Part shown: positions 36,656 to 44,732 of the stretch, piece by piece
How the letters are laid out: the number at the start of each line of letters is the position of its first letter
How positions within the stretch are numbered: the first letter of the stretch is position 1
From: an uncultured virus (IMG/VR IMGVR_UViG_3300031673_000018)
Taxonomy: Duplodnaviria > Heunggongvirae > Uroviricota > Caudoviricetes
Length of the DNA stretch: 64,000 bases
Direction: 5' to 3' (one strand)
IMG/VR virus record: IMGVR_UViG_3300031673_000018
Notes under the pieces: model-generated
The model's database searches: none
What the model was told of the DNA's origin: nothing
Seen by the model: only the letters and a program-made list of their open reading frames with translations
Translations under genes and position numbers: made by a program

Positions 36656-37684
36656 CTAGTTTGGCTTGCACATATATGTCCCTACAGCTAGTTTTTCTCC
36701 TAAGGGACCGGTATTACTGGCAATAAATGAACCAACGGCGAGTTTCTCTGAAGGCACAAAGGATCCTATTATTATCCTATTTGGATTAATGGCTGCGCCT
36801 CCATCGGCACCAACGGCGCTCGATATAAATGTGCCAATAGCTAGTTTCTTAGATGGTGCTGCCACCATTGGTGTAGTCCTTGGTGATTGTATTCCAACAT
36901 CAACTTTTCCTGGAGCCGCCGCCGCTATTTTAGATTTTACTTTATCGATGAATGGGTCATCAATTCCTAGATCAATGCGGCCAGGTGACGGTGTTGCTAT
37001 TTTTTTACGGTCTGGATTGGAAATATTATCCGTGTATTTTCGGTAGTCTACGCTAGTATGAAGTCCTTTCATACTTCCTATGCCGAGACTTTTTGGCTTG
37101 TGAGGATTAAGGTTTCCCATCGTCCACACACCCCTGGTTTCTGCAGCATAGGTTCCCATAGCTATACGCGCCTTATCCGGATCGGTGATTATTTCGAGAT
37201 TAAATTCCATCTCTTCTTTTGTCCACCCATGGACGACCGGAATCACCCATGGAAGTTCCGACGCCATTTCATAATAATATCCTGCGCTACGGGTAATGAG
37301 TTGTTTTCTAATATCTGGGGCTTGGTCAAACCTCGGGGGTAAATCCAGTTGTATCGGATAATCCCTCTTCATAACCCCCATCCTTTTGTAAAGATCAATA
37401 GTATTCTTCGCGGTTACTGGGACCTCTATTCCACAAGGTAGTAATTCAGATTGTTCCATCTTAAATTTACCCATTAGAAATGAGAATCCACCACTGTCTA
37501 ATCCCGCCGTATGTTTTTTCGTCATGCCATAATTTTTTCTGAAGTCATTAGCTTTCTCTGGTTTTTTATAGAAATCAGTTATTGAAATCATGATCTCTTT
37601 ACTAAGATTTACTACGCCGTTTGTTCTTCCACCGTGACGTGCCTGATCCGTTAGAAATATACGTATTTTATCGTCTACTGACAA
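36656..37684 (-). CDS. TGT/DpdA-like (guanine transglycosylase fold) protein, C-terminally truncated or degenerate
   Basis: LDSGGFSF, QLDLPP and IPVVHGW motifs; the later barrel is replaced by repeated KLA(V/I)G(T/S) segments. Confidence 0.65.
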   Translation of the reverse strand: MSVDDKIRIFLTDQARHGGRTNGVVNLSKEIMISITDFYKKPEKANDFRKNYGMTKKHTAGLDSGGFSFLMGKFKMEQSELLPCGIEVPVTAKNTIDLYKRMGVMKRDYPIQLDLPPRFDQAPDIRKQLITRSAGYYYEMASELPWVIPVVHGWTKEEMEFNLEIITDPDKARIAMGTYAAETRGVWTMGNLNPHKPKSLGIGSMKGLHTSVDYRKYTDNISNPDRKKIATPSPGRIDLGIDDPFIDKVKSKIAAAAPGKVDVGIQSPRTTPMVAAPSKKLAIGTFISSAVGADGGAAINPNRIIIGSFVPSEKLAVGSFIASNTGPLGEKLAVGTYMCKPN

Positions 37685-37855
37685 CGGTTATTCATCTTTG
37701 GCTTTTGAAAGTACTTCATCATCTCTAGCCAGCATGGCATTATCGATCATTCGGGCATGCTCATCTGCCATTTCTTCATCGGTTGGATCACGGCCGAGTT
37801 CTTCAGCTAGTTTGATGAATAATTCCTTACTCATTGTTTCACCTGTTCGGTTGAG

Positions 37856-38173
37856 TTATCCACGTATATGTTTCTCGACGACGTCGCTATAGATGACCCC
37901 GGCCCAATCTTCTTCATTATCTACGTTGATGAAATTGGGGCATTCAGACCAGCTGGATTCTCGTGGTCCTTCTTGGACGTTGCCGGCGTAGTATCGAGTT
38001 GCCTTCTTCAGCAGATCATAGATCCATTCTCCGGCGCCTTCGCGGAAGTCCTTGATGGCTCGCCTCGAGGGTGTTGTGTCCTCATTGTTTAGAGCTCCAA
38101 CTCCGTCTGCGAGATCCTCTAGTGCTTTCCCTAGTTGTTCTTTCAGTTTCTCTCTATCCGTCTTTCCTGTCAA
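37856..38173 (-). CDS. Hypothetical protein
   Basis: TTG start at 38173 correctly spaced from the GGTGA of element copy C. Confidence 0.55.
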   Translation of the reverse strand: MTGKTDREKLKEQLGKALEDLADGVGALNNEDTTPSRRAIKDFREGAGEWIYDLLKKATRYYAGNVQEGPRESSWSECPNFINVDNEEDWAGVIYSDVVEKHIRG

Positions 38174-38179
38174 GTTATT

Positions 38180-38219
38180 CACCTGCACGCATTCACCAGG
38201 TGCCAGCCTTTCGGTCTGG
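38180..38219 (-). ncRNA. Two-hairpin leader element, copy C
   Basis: CCAG-A-CC-GAAA-GG-CUGG + CACCUG-GUGAAUGCGUG-CAGGUG; preceded by a U7 tract. Confidence 0.8.
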
Positions 38220-38241
38220 TAAAAAAATGGGATTTGATGGA

Positions 38242-38550
38242 TTAGGCTTCTTCGACATTGACTATCTTGATTTCAAGTTCTCCAGTAGAGATCATTGCTA
38301 TGGCAAGTTTAAGTGCCTCTTCTCGGGTGGGAGCAGCTATTTCTGGGCTATTCAAGTCAACCCAGTATGGATATAATTCGTCCTCATCCAAGTCTTCCCA
38401 TGGTTGAATCTCTCTTACCTTTACCTCGAATTCGTCTTCAGTTGCTTCGTTGACATAATGCTCGAACCTGTCTTTGGATTCCTCTTCATTGGCTGCCTCT
38501 ATGATGGCGCCAATTCTTTTACTCAGGTAGAATCTTGGCATTGTTCTCAT
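38242..38550 (-). CDS. Hypothetical acidic protein
   Basis: Coupled ORF. Confidence 0.55.
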   Translation of the reverse strand: MRTMPRFYLSKRIGAIIEAANEEESKDRFEHYVNEATEDEFEVKVREIQPWEDLDEDELYPYWVDLNSPEIAAPTREEALKLAIAMISTGELEIKIVNVEEA

Positions 38551-39772
38551 CAGGACTAACTTTTTTGATTAACTCGTGGATTTTCTTAGCGCCTTCTTGC
38601 ATATCGCCATTCCAGCCATACTGTGTTTCGATGCGTGCGAGCTCGCCTGCTTTATAGTCTTTCTTGAGGCCTTTGAAGTAAAACTTTGGATCTTCTATCA
38701 GTTCTATGTCGATGCTTGATCCCCTAACAATCATTTTCTGTATGTTCTCCTTGATCAGCGGGGCCAGGATTGTCTCGAGGGATACGCTGCTCCTGAAGTT
38801 CTCAGGAACTTTTTCTCCCTCTTCCTCTTCTTCCTCTTGTTGTCGTTGTTCATTTGCTTCTTTTTGCACCATATCGGCAACGTCTTTTGGTGTGAGCTTT
38901 ATTTTCTCTGGTCCTTCTTCGACCTCGAAACCAAGTTTCTTTGCTTCCTGTTTCAGTTCGTAATATTTCCAAGGTTCCTTTGTTTCCTTGTGCCATGAAT
39001 GGTTGCAATCATCACAGTCTAGTTTATCTTCAGATCCTTGCCATCTTGATTCAGAGATGTTTTTGCTCTCGCATTTGGGACATGGACCGTATTTCTCTAG
39101 AAGCTCATTTTGTTTCTTGATCTTATCCAGAAGGTTTGTAACAAATTCATCTGCTCTCTCTATTGTCCTTATTCCGCTGTAACTGTTTTTTATGCCCTCT
39201 TCTATTTTCTCAAGTAATTCATTCTGTGCTTCAGGGTACTTCGATAGCCTCATTGTGACTTTAGCATATCCCAATGGGATGTCTTTCTTCTCGAACCGCT
39301 CCAGTAACTTCTTTGGCAACATCATCAACGATCTTCTGTCTTTGATGTAGCTTTCCTTTACACCAAGCTGTTCAGCCACTTCCTTTACCGGGATCTTGCC
39401 TACCGTCAACAGTGTGTATATGACTCGAGCTTCCTCCCATTTACTGAAATCCTTGCGGAAAAAGTTCTCCGCAGCAGCTATGATGAGGGCCTCCCTATCG
39501 TCGAGTTCCCTGATCTTCTTCGGTATCTCTTCCCAGGTTTTGCCTAAGAGCTTCTGATGGAAGTATCGTCTTGCTCCAGCAATTAATTCGAACTGTTCTC
39601 CTTTAGGTCTGAAGATCGAGTCTTGTATCTGTCCTGTTTCTCTCAAGCTGTTTAATAGTTTGAGATCAACCGTTAGATTGTCTCGCCATTTAATGATCTC
39701 TGAGTGCAGCGTTACTTGGGAATCTAGTAGTGCTTCTACATCTATTGGCTGTCCATTTCTCAGTTTATCCAT
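38519..39772 (-). CDS. ParB/Srx-domain protein with HTH and Zn ribbon
   Basis: SLRETGQIQ..FRP..ELIAGARR...AENFFRKD..EEA; CPKC/CDDC. Confidence 0.9.
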   Translation of the reverse strand: MDKLRNGQPIDVEALLDSQVTLHSEIIKWRDNLTVDLKLLNSLRETGQIQDSIFRPKGEQFELIAGARRYFHQKLLGKTWEEIPKKIRELDDREALIIAAAENFFRKDFSKWEEARVIYTLLTVGKIPVKEVAEQLGVKESYIKDRRSLMMLPKKLLERFEKKDIPLGYAKVTMRLSKYPEAQNELLEKIEEGIKNSYSGIRTIERADEFVTNLLDKIKKQNELLEKYGPCPKCESKNISESRWQGSEDKLDCDDCNHSWHKETKEPWKYYELKQEAKKLGFEVEEGPEKIKLTPKDVADMVQKEANEQRQQEEEEEEGEKVPENFRSSVSLETILAPLIKENIQKMIVRGSSIDIELIEDPKFYFKGLKKDYKAGELARIETQYGWNGDMQEGAKKIHELIKKVSPDENNAKILPE

Positions 39773-39778
39773 TTTATT

Positions 39779-39822
39779 CGCCTGCTCGCATTTTTAGGTC
39801 AGGCGTCAGGTTATGAACCTGA
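39779..39822 (-). ncRNA. Two-hairpin leader element, copy D (upstream of ParB)
   Basis: UCAGG-UUCAUAA-CCUGA + CGCCUG-ACCUAAAAAUGCGAG-CAGGCG (compensatory pair). Confidence 0.85.
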
Positions 39823-40404
39823 TTCTTTCTCTATAGCTTTTGCGTCTCTTCTCTTTCTTCTATCTAGTTTTTCCTGCATCACTTCTTCGTAGGGTCTTCT
39901 CTTCTTCTTTATATTTTTCTCTGCTTTGCCTTTCGCAAAATCCACGAGTGTATTTCCTTTAAGGTATTTGTCATAATATTCTCTCTTCATCTTCTTTTGT
40001 TTGAGTGTTCTTCGTAATGCTTTTCTAGCTTCAATATGGGGTTCTTTAAAGGTGAAGGCAAAGTTGACTCTTGCTGTTCCTCCTAGGGTCTGTGGGACCG
40101 GGATCTCTGTTATTATCCAGCCTAGAAATTCACCGAATGCTTTCTTTCTTCCTTTCTTATTTATCCAATAACTGGCTGCATCCCCGGGATTACCATAAAC
40201 GTTTGCTTTCTCGAAAACACTTACTATGCCTCGCTGAGTTTTCCATGACTCACCTGTTGGTTTTATCCCATCAAACGTGTTAATGATATCCCTATATTTC
40301 ATGATCTTTGGTGGTAGCTTTTTGAATTTATCTTCAAGCATCTTTGCCTTGGCTAGAAATATAATGTCGTATAGCTCGTCAGCAAGCTCAAGCAGTGGTT
40401 CCAT
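39811..40404 (-). CDS. Hypothetical basic protein
   Basis: 197-aa ORF whose stop lies within element copy D. Confidence 0.6.
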   Translation of the reverse strand: MEPLLELADELYDIIFLAKAKMLEDKFKKLPPKIMKYRDIINTFDGIKPTGESWKTQRGIVSVFEKANVYGNPGDAASYWINKKGRKKAFGEFLGWIITEIPVPQTLGGTARVNFAFTFKEPHIEARKALRRTLKQKKMKREYYDKYLKGNTLVDFAKGKAEKNIKKKRRPYEEVMQEKLDRRKRRDAKAIEKESGS

Positions 40405-40609
40405 GTAACCATACCTCTCGGCAATTAGGTCTTGTTCTATGGGGCTTAATCTCTATCCTGTTTTCTTCAATCAACATATGTAGAGCTTCCATGAAAGTAG
40501 GCCATCGAGGTTGTCGGATATTGCTTCTTAATCGGGTTAAAACTATGGGAGATTTAATCCTAAGTTCCTTAATTATATCTTCCTTCACTTCAACCTGTGT
40601 TCTACCCAT
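40388..40609 (-). CDS. Small winged-helix-like protein
   Basis: Helix-helix-wing pattern; coupled ORF. Confidence 0.5.
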   Translation of the reverse strand: MGRTQVEVKEDIIKELRIKSPIVLTRLRSNIRQPRWPTFMEALHMLIEENRIEIKPHRTRPNCREVWLHGTTA

Positions 40610-41244
40610 AATATGTTCTTCTCCGCGGCTCGCCAGAATATAGAGTCAATTGTATGGACGTCATAATATATGCCGGTAAGCTCCTCAGATTTCTCTGATA
40701 GATATTCACACATCGACTCTGTTGTCATGTTATATGCGGCAGCTATTCTCTCGAGGTGTCGATCCGGTTTGGCTACGTTAAACCCCACGTTTCTGGCAAG
40801 ATGGAATTTAGTTTTTGGTCCGATGAATGGCAGCTCTTCAAGAACATTGAAGCTTGGGGCAGAATCTTTTATCTGCTGCTTATAGTTGATCCAGGTTCCC
40901 CACTTCATATCTTTCAGCAGCTCTGCCGTGTTTAATATGGATTCTACTTTTATCTTGTTACCGATGTGTTTCAATGCGCTTTCTCTTATCTGTTCTCTAG
41001 ACCGTGATATTAGCGCCGAGTTGAATCCGTGATAGATTTGATAGAGAGCAGGCCAGTGTTTTTCAACCACGCTCTGTCTGAATCCTGAACAATAAACAAC
41101 ATAGGCATACTCGCGTAGAAATGTAGCTTTATCCACTTCTTTTAATGGCTCTACTTTCACCTGGTGTTTGCTCCATTCAAGATCATCTGGATAGTTTTCT
41201 CTTACAAAGGCCTCAGCTTTTATGAATAATGTTTCAATGTTCAA
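40585..41244 (-). CDS. HhH-GPD superfamily DNA glycosylase-like protein
   Basis: LEELPFIGPKT..HLARN.G...KPDRH. Confidence 0.75.
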   Translation of the reverse strand: MNIETLFIKAEAFVRENYPDDLEWSKHQVKVEPLKEVDKATFLREYAYVVYCSGFRQSVVEKHWPALYQIYHGFNSALISRSREQIRESALKHIGNKIKVESILNTAELLKDMKWGTWINYKQQIKDSAPSFNVLEELPFIGPKTKFHLARNVGFNVAKPDRHLERIAAAYNMTTESMCEYLSEKSEELTGIYYDVHTIDSIFWRAAEKNILWVEHRLK

Positions 41245-42154
41245 GGAAACCCTCCTTTAGTGTTCTCTGAAATGGAGTTTTAATTAATTCAGCTATACGA
41301 TATGCTAGCCTCGGAGGCATGGCGTTAGCTATCATCTTGGCTTTATCCGTATCCGGGCCTTCAGGTATGTACCATGATGGTATTCCTTGCAACGCCATAG
41401 CCTCTGCGATTGAGATGATCCGGTCCTCCTCCGGGTGCAGGATCTGGGCTTTCTTAATATTTGTTACCGCCACCGATGGCTTATCCCATGTGAGCCTGAC
41501 GGTGCCCTGATAGTCTGAAGTCGTTTCCTTGCTTATCCAAGAAGTTGACCTGACATTCTTGAATTTCTCGATGGTCTCTGGTCGATGCTTTGTGAACCCC
41601 CAGTTTGAATCCATGGAGTTGAATGCATCCCTCACGGTCAGGATTTTCGCCTCGAGGGGAGGTGTAAGCTTGATATGCCTGGCTCTAGAGCCGATGAAGA
41701 TCTTTCTTTTACGGCTCTGGGGAACTTCGTAATCAGCCGAATCTGCGATCTCTTTGGTGACTTTATATCCAGGTATCTCAAATAACGCGGCCTCAGCCCA
41801 TTTAGAAAGGTGTATCACATTCTCGAATACGAAGGCCTCAGGCTTGATATCATTAACGATTCTACAGAAGTCGAGGACTAGCTGAGCTCTCTTACCATAA
41901 ATGTTGCGTTTGGTATTGACTAAACTGAAATCATCGCATGGTGACCCTCCAACAATAACTACCTCGTAGTCCTTCTTTCCCGGATAGAACAAGGCTAAAT
42001 CCATGAGATGCCCCGGGGCGCCAAGATACTTCTCATAGGTTTTTACTGCAGCACCCCAGTTATCGAAGCCGCCGTCCAGATCATACCCGGATTCCTTGAA
42101 TCCATATGACAGATAGCCTCCACCGCAAAACAAATCGAGCACTCTGGGTATCAT
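41234..42154 (-). CDS. C5-cytosine DNA methyltransferase
   Basis: DLFCGGG, GGSPCDDFS, FENV, PQSRKR, R.IS..EA..LQG, IANA; likely ATG at 42154. Confidence 0.95.
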   Translation of the reverse strand: MIPRVLDLFCGGGYLSYGFKESGYDLDGGFDNWGAAVKTYEKYLGAPGHLMDLALFYPGKKDYEVVIVGGSPCDDFSLVNTKRNIYGKRAQLVLDFCRIVNDIKPEAFVFENVIHLSKWAEAALFEIPGYKVTKEIADSADYEVPQSRKRKIFIGSRARHIKLTPPLEAKILTVRDAFNSMDSNWGFTKHRPETIEKFKNVRSTSWISKETTSDYQGTVRLTWDKPSVAVTNIKKAQILHPEEDRIISIAEAMALQGIPSWYIPEGPDTDKAKMIANAMPPRLAYRIAELIKTPFQRTLKEGFLEH

Positions 42155-42342
42155 TTCTTCTCGTCCCTGAAGTGTAATTGCACCGGCTTCATGCAGGTAG
42201 GGCACTCTGTCTCGAGCTGCTCTAAGAAAGCCAGAATATCTTTGAGATGGAGCCCAGCATTTACGCATCCAAACTCCGCTTTATAGGCGTTTATCACGTG
42301 CTCGCTTGGCCTAATTTTATCGATCCTGATTCTGATTCTCAT
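42151..42342 (-). CDS. Small Zn-ribbon protein
   Basis: CPTC motif; ATGA coupling on both sides. Confidence 0.55.
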   Translation of the reverse strand: MRIRIRIDKIRPSEHVINAYKAEFGCVNAGLHLKDILAFLEQLETECPTCMKPVQLHFRDEKK

Positions 42343-42842
42343 TTCTCAAGCTCCAGTTTGATTTGCCTAGTCAACCTGCCGACTGGCTTGAAGTTCTTCC
42401 TCAACTTAGGTTGCTCCCGTTTGTATTCCTGCCAGGGATCTATCCTGATCCACTCCCCATTTGGCCCAGCCTCTGTATCTTTGAATGGCTCCGGGAAATG
42501 TTGGCACCCTCGGAAACATAGGTTAAGGATCTCCCCTGTATCGGGGCAGTAGAACATAGTCATTCTCTTTTTAACCGAGCCACAGAATGAACACTCTAAT
42601 CTGTTACGGTTGCTGCGAATCATATTCCTACGGAGATGCCCAATGATATTCTGGAAGGCATTTATGGATATGAGATATTGTTCCTCAGTTATTATCGGTT
42701 CTGAATCGATGACTTTCTTTAATTTCTTGATGTAATCTTCGTAAACCATTTCATTTTGTTTGTAGCCTGAGATCTCTAGCTCAAGCTCAACAAGCCGTTT
42801 CTTCAGCTCCTTTTCGGATTCGCTCAAAATCAATGTACTCAT
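42339..42842 (-). CDS. Coiled-coil plus Zn-finger hypothetical protein
   Basis: CSFC..C..C. Confidence 0.6.
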   Translation of the reverse strand: MSTLILSESEKELKKRLVELELEISGYKQNEMVYEDYIKKLKKVIDSEPIITEEQYLISINAFQNIIGHLRRNMIRSNRNRLECSFCGSVKKRMTMFYCPDTGEILNLCFRGCQHFPEPFKDTEAGPNGEWIRIDPWQEYKREQPKLRKNFKPVGRLTRQIKLELEK

Positions 42843-43065
42843 TTTTCATCACGTATAACCTGATCATTTTTGTGCCTTTGAGTATCTCGACGCAGTCAAC
42901 ACTATGATTCTGCCTCAGATAATATCCGGTTACTGTTGGGGCGAGTCTATCACCGCATATTTCACCCGCCTTTTTCGCTACCTCTGTAGCGGTTACTGGT
43001 TCTTTGAACAATTTAATTGCTTCATCTATCGCCCGTCTTTGGTATCCCTTTCCCATTTTTCTCAT
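42787..43065 (-). CDS. Winged-helix-like protein
   Basis: PVTATEVAKK...VTGYYL. Confidence 0.5.
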   Translation of the reverse strand: MRKMGKGYQRRAIDEAIKLFKEPVTATEVAKKAGEICGDRLAPTVTGYYLRQNHSVDCVEILKGTKMIRLYVMKNEYIDFERIRKGAEETAC

Positions 43066-44431
43066 CTATGTCGTTATCTTTATTGAGCCTGCGTAATCGC
43101 TCGATTAGTTTTTCATCATCTTCATTCCAGTTTCCTGAAGTAATCTCTTTGGCCTCTTTATCAGATAAGGGAGTTGATCTTGTTAAGACTCCATCTCCCC
43201 CATCATTTTCAAATTCCATCATGTCTCTCTCCACCATTCTCTGGGCTTTAGTTTTGATTTTTCCGAATTGTTTGTCGATAATTGCACCATCACTGTTTAT
43301 TACTATTTGTTGCTCTTCCTCCTCATTTTCAAGTCTTGCATCTATTCCAAGCATCTTCTCGAAATCTGTGTTTTTGCTTCTTGTAGTTTCTATTTCACGT
43401 GTTTTAATGGTCCGAGAACCTATTTCACCGATGATGATACATTCTCCTACAAGGAATGATTTCAGTTTCTTTATGGCTGCTTCACTGAAATATGTTATTG
43501 ATCGTAATGCTGTTTCGTTGCTTCTTCCAGTTACATGGAAGCATATTGTTGAGTTGCAATTATCTCTCACATCAGATGTTAGTCTGTTGATCCTCTGGAC
43601 GGCCACTATCAGACCGATGCCTAATTTAGATCCTCTTTTGGCAATCTCTTCTATAATGTCCGTGCTCCTATCAAAATCTCTGCTTCTCCTGTATTGTCTA
43701 TCTGGTGAAAAGATATCCCCTTCATCGATCATTATTAGCGTCGGCGGGATATTTAGCAGCCTATAATCATTGTTTGCCTCGGAATAATCTTTTTCTTTTG
43801 CTTCAACAAATTTCTCCAGTAGAATCGATAGCCTCATGGCCTTGTGGGCATTGCCTTCTCCTAACAAGTTTATGATGATGATTCTGCGTTGCTGTAAGTG
43901 TGATATCAAATCTTTACTGTTGATGTCTTCAACGACTATCACGTTTTTATATATTTCAGGTAAATTGACGCACTCGCCCTGAGTATCGAATATTATGGCA
44001 GGAACCCCTAGTTTTGCTAATTCCTCTATCAGAATTATGAGCAGATGTGTTTTACCTCTCTGTGGTTTACCACCAATCAGAAGGTGTACAAAGAGAGGAT
44101 TCAAATCAAGCCGAACTATATTTCCCCTGAAATCCGTTCCAACATTGAGTATTCCTGTCTGGACCTCTTCTCTTTTGTATATTGGTGTTAAAGCTTTAGG
44201 TGGTTTAGTTGGCCGATCTTTGAAGGATATATAGCCTATTAATCCCGAATATGAAACTGTTTCTAGTATATCGATGCGAGCCCTGATTACCTCATCCCCT
44301 ACTTTGAAGGATACAGGTTCACCTTCCTCGGCTGTAGAATCAAATTCACAGCGAGCATTTTCTAGTGTTGCTTCTAATATTCTTCCGATAACTTCTAAGT
44401 TTTCATTCAACATTTTTTTCCTTTTCCTCAA
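43022..44431 (-). CDS. HerA-like ATPase with N-terminal HAS-barrel-like region
   Basis: HLLIGGKPQRGKT, IIFDTQGE, MIDEGD, RGSKLGI..AVQR. Confidence 0.85.
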   Translation of the reverse strand: MRKRKKMLNENLEVIGRILEATLENARCEFDSTAEEGEPVSFKVGDEVIRARIDILETVSYSGLIGYISFKDRPTKPPKALTPIYKREEVQTGILNVGTDFRGNIVRLDLNPLFVHLLIGGKPQRGKTHLLIILIEELAKLGVPAIIFDTQGECVNLPEIYKNVIVVEDINSKDLISHLQQRRIIIINLLGEGNAHKAMRLSILLEKFVEAKEKDYSEANNDYRLLNIPPTLIMIDEGDIFSPDRQYRRSRDFDRSTDIIEEIAKRGSKLGIGLIVAVQRINRLTSDVRDNCNSTICFHVTGRSNETALRSITYFSEAAIKKLKSFLVGECIIIGEIGSRTIKTREIETTRSKNTDFEKMLGIDARLENEEEEQQIVINSDGAIIDKQFGKIKTKAQRMVERDMMEFENDGGDGVLTRSTPLSDKEAKEITSGNWNEDDEKLIERLRRLNKDNDIDEKNGKGIPKTGDR

Positions 44432-44732
44432 TCCTCTTTACGACATCTGAGACTTCGAACCAGTCTTTACCATTGATACTGACAAAGAGTTGCTCTGTTA
44501 TTGAGTGCCTGAGATGTCCTTTTACTGGGTCTTTTAATCTGACGTAGAACTCATTGTTTAACAAAGGATTATCATTGAGAAATTTCTGAAGAGATCTCTT
44601 GGATCTCACCTCAGCCGTCCTGGTCCTATCGGCCACCTGACCTCCCTCGCTCATCCTTTGCCTGGATTCATCTGTTATTCTATCCTTGACTTTTTCTCGT
44701 GGCTCTTTAGGCGTATAGATGATCCCGCTCAT
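44403..44732 (-). CDS. Hypothetical protein
   Basis: Coupled ORF. Confidence 0.55.
   Translation of the reverse strand: MSGIIYTPKEPREKVKDRITDESRQRMSEGGQVADRTRTAEVRSKRSLQKFLNDNPLLNNEFYVRLKDPVKGHLRHSITEQLFVSINGKDWFEVSDVVKRIEEKEKNVE

Noticed and set aside
37838..37850. Partial element ttcacctgttcg
   Set aside because: Only the SD-side half is present, with no partner strand, AUGCG or P1; possibly a remnant, not counted
42008..42019. ATGCCCCGGGGC as a fourth palindrome copy
   Set aside because: Partial match inside the methyltransferase coding sequence
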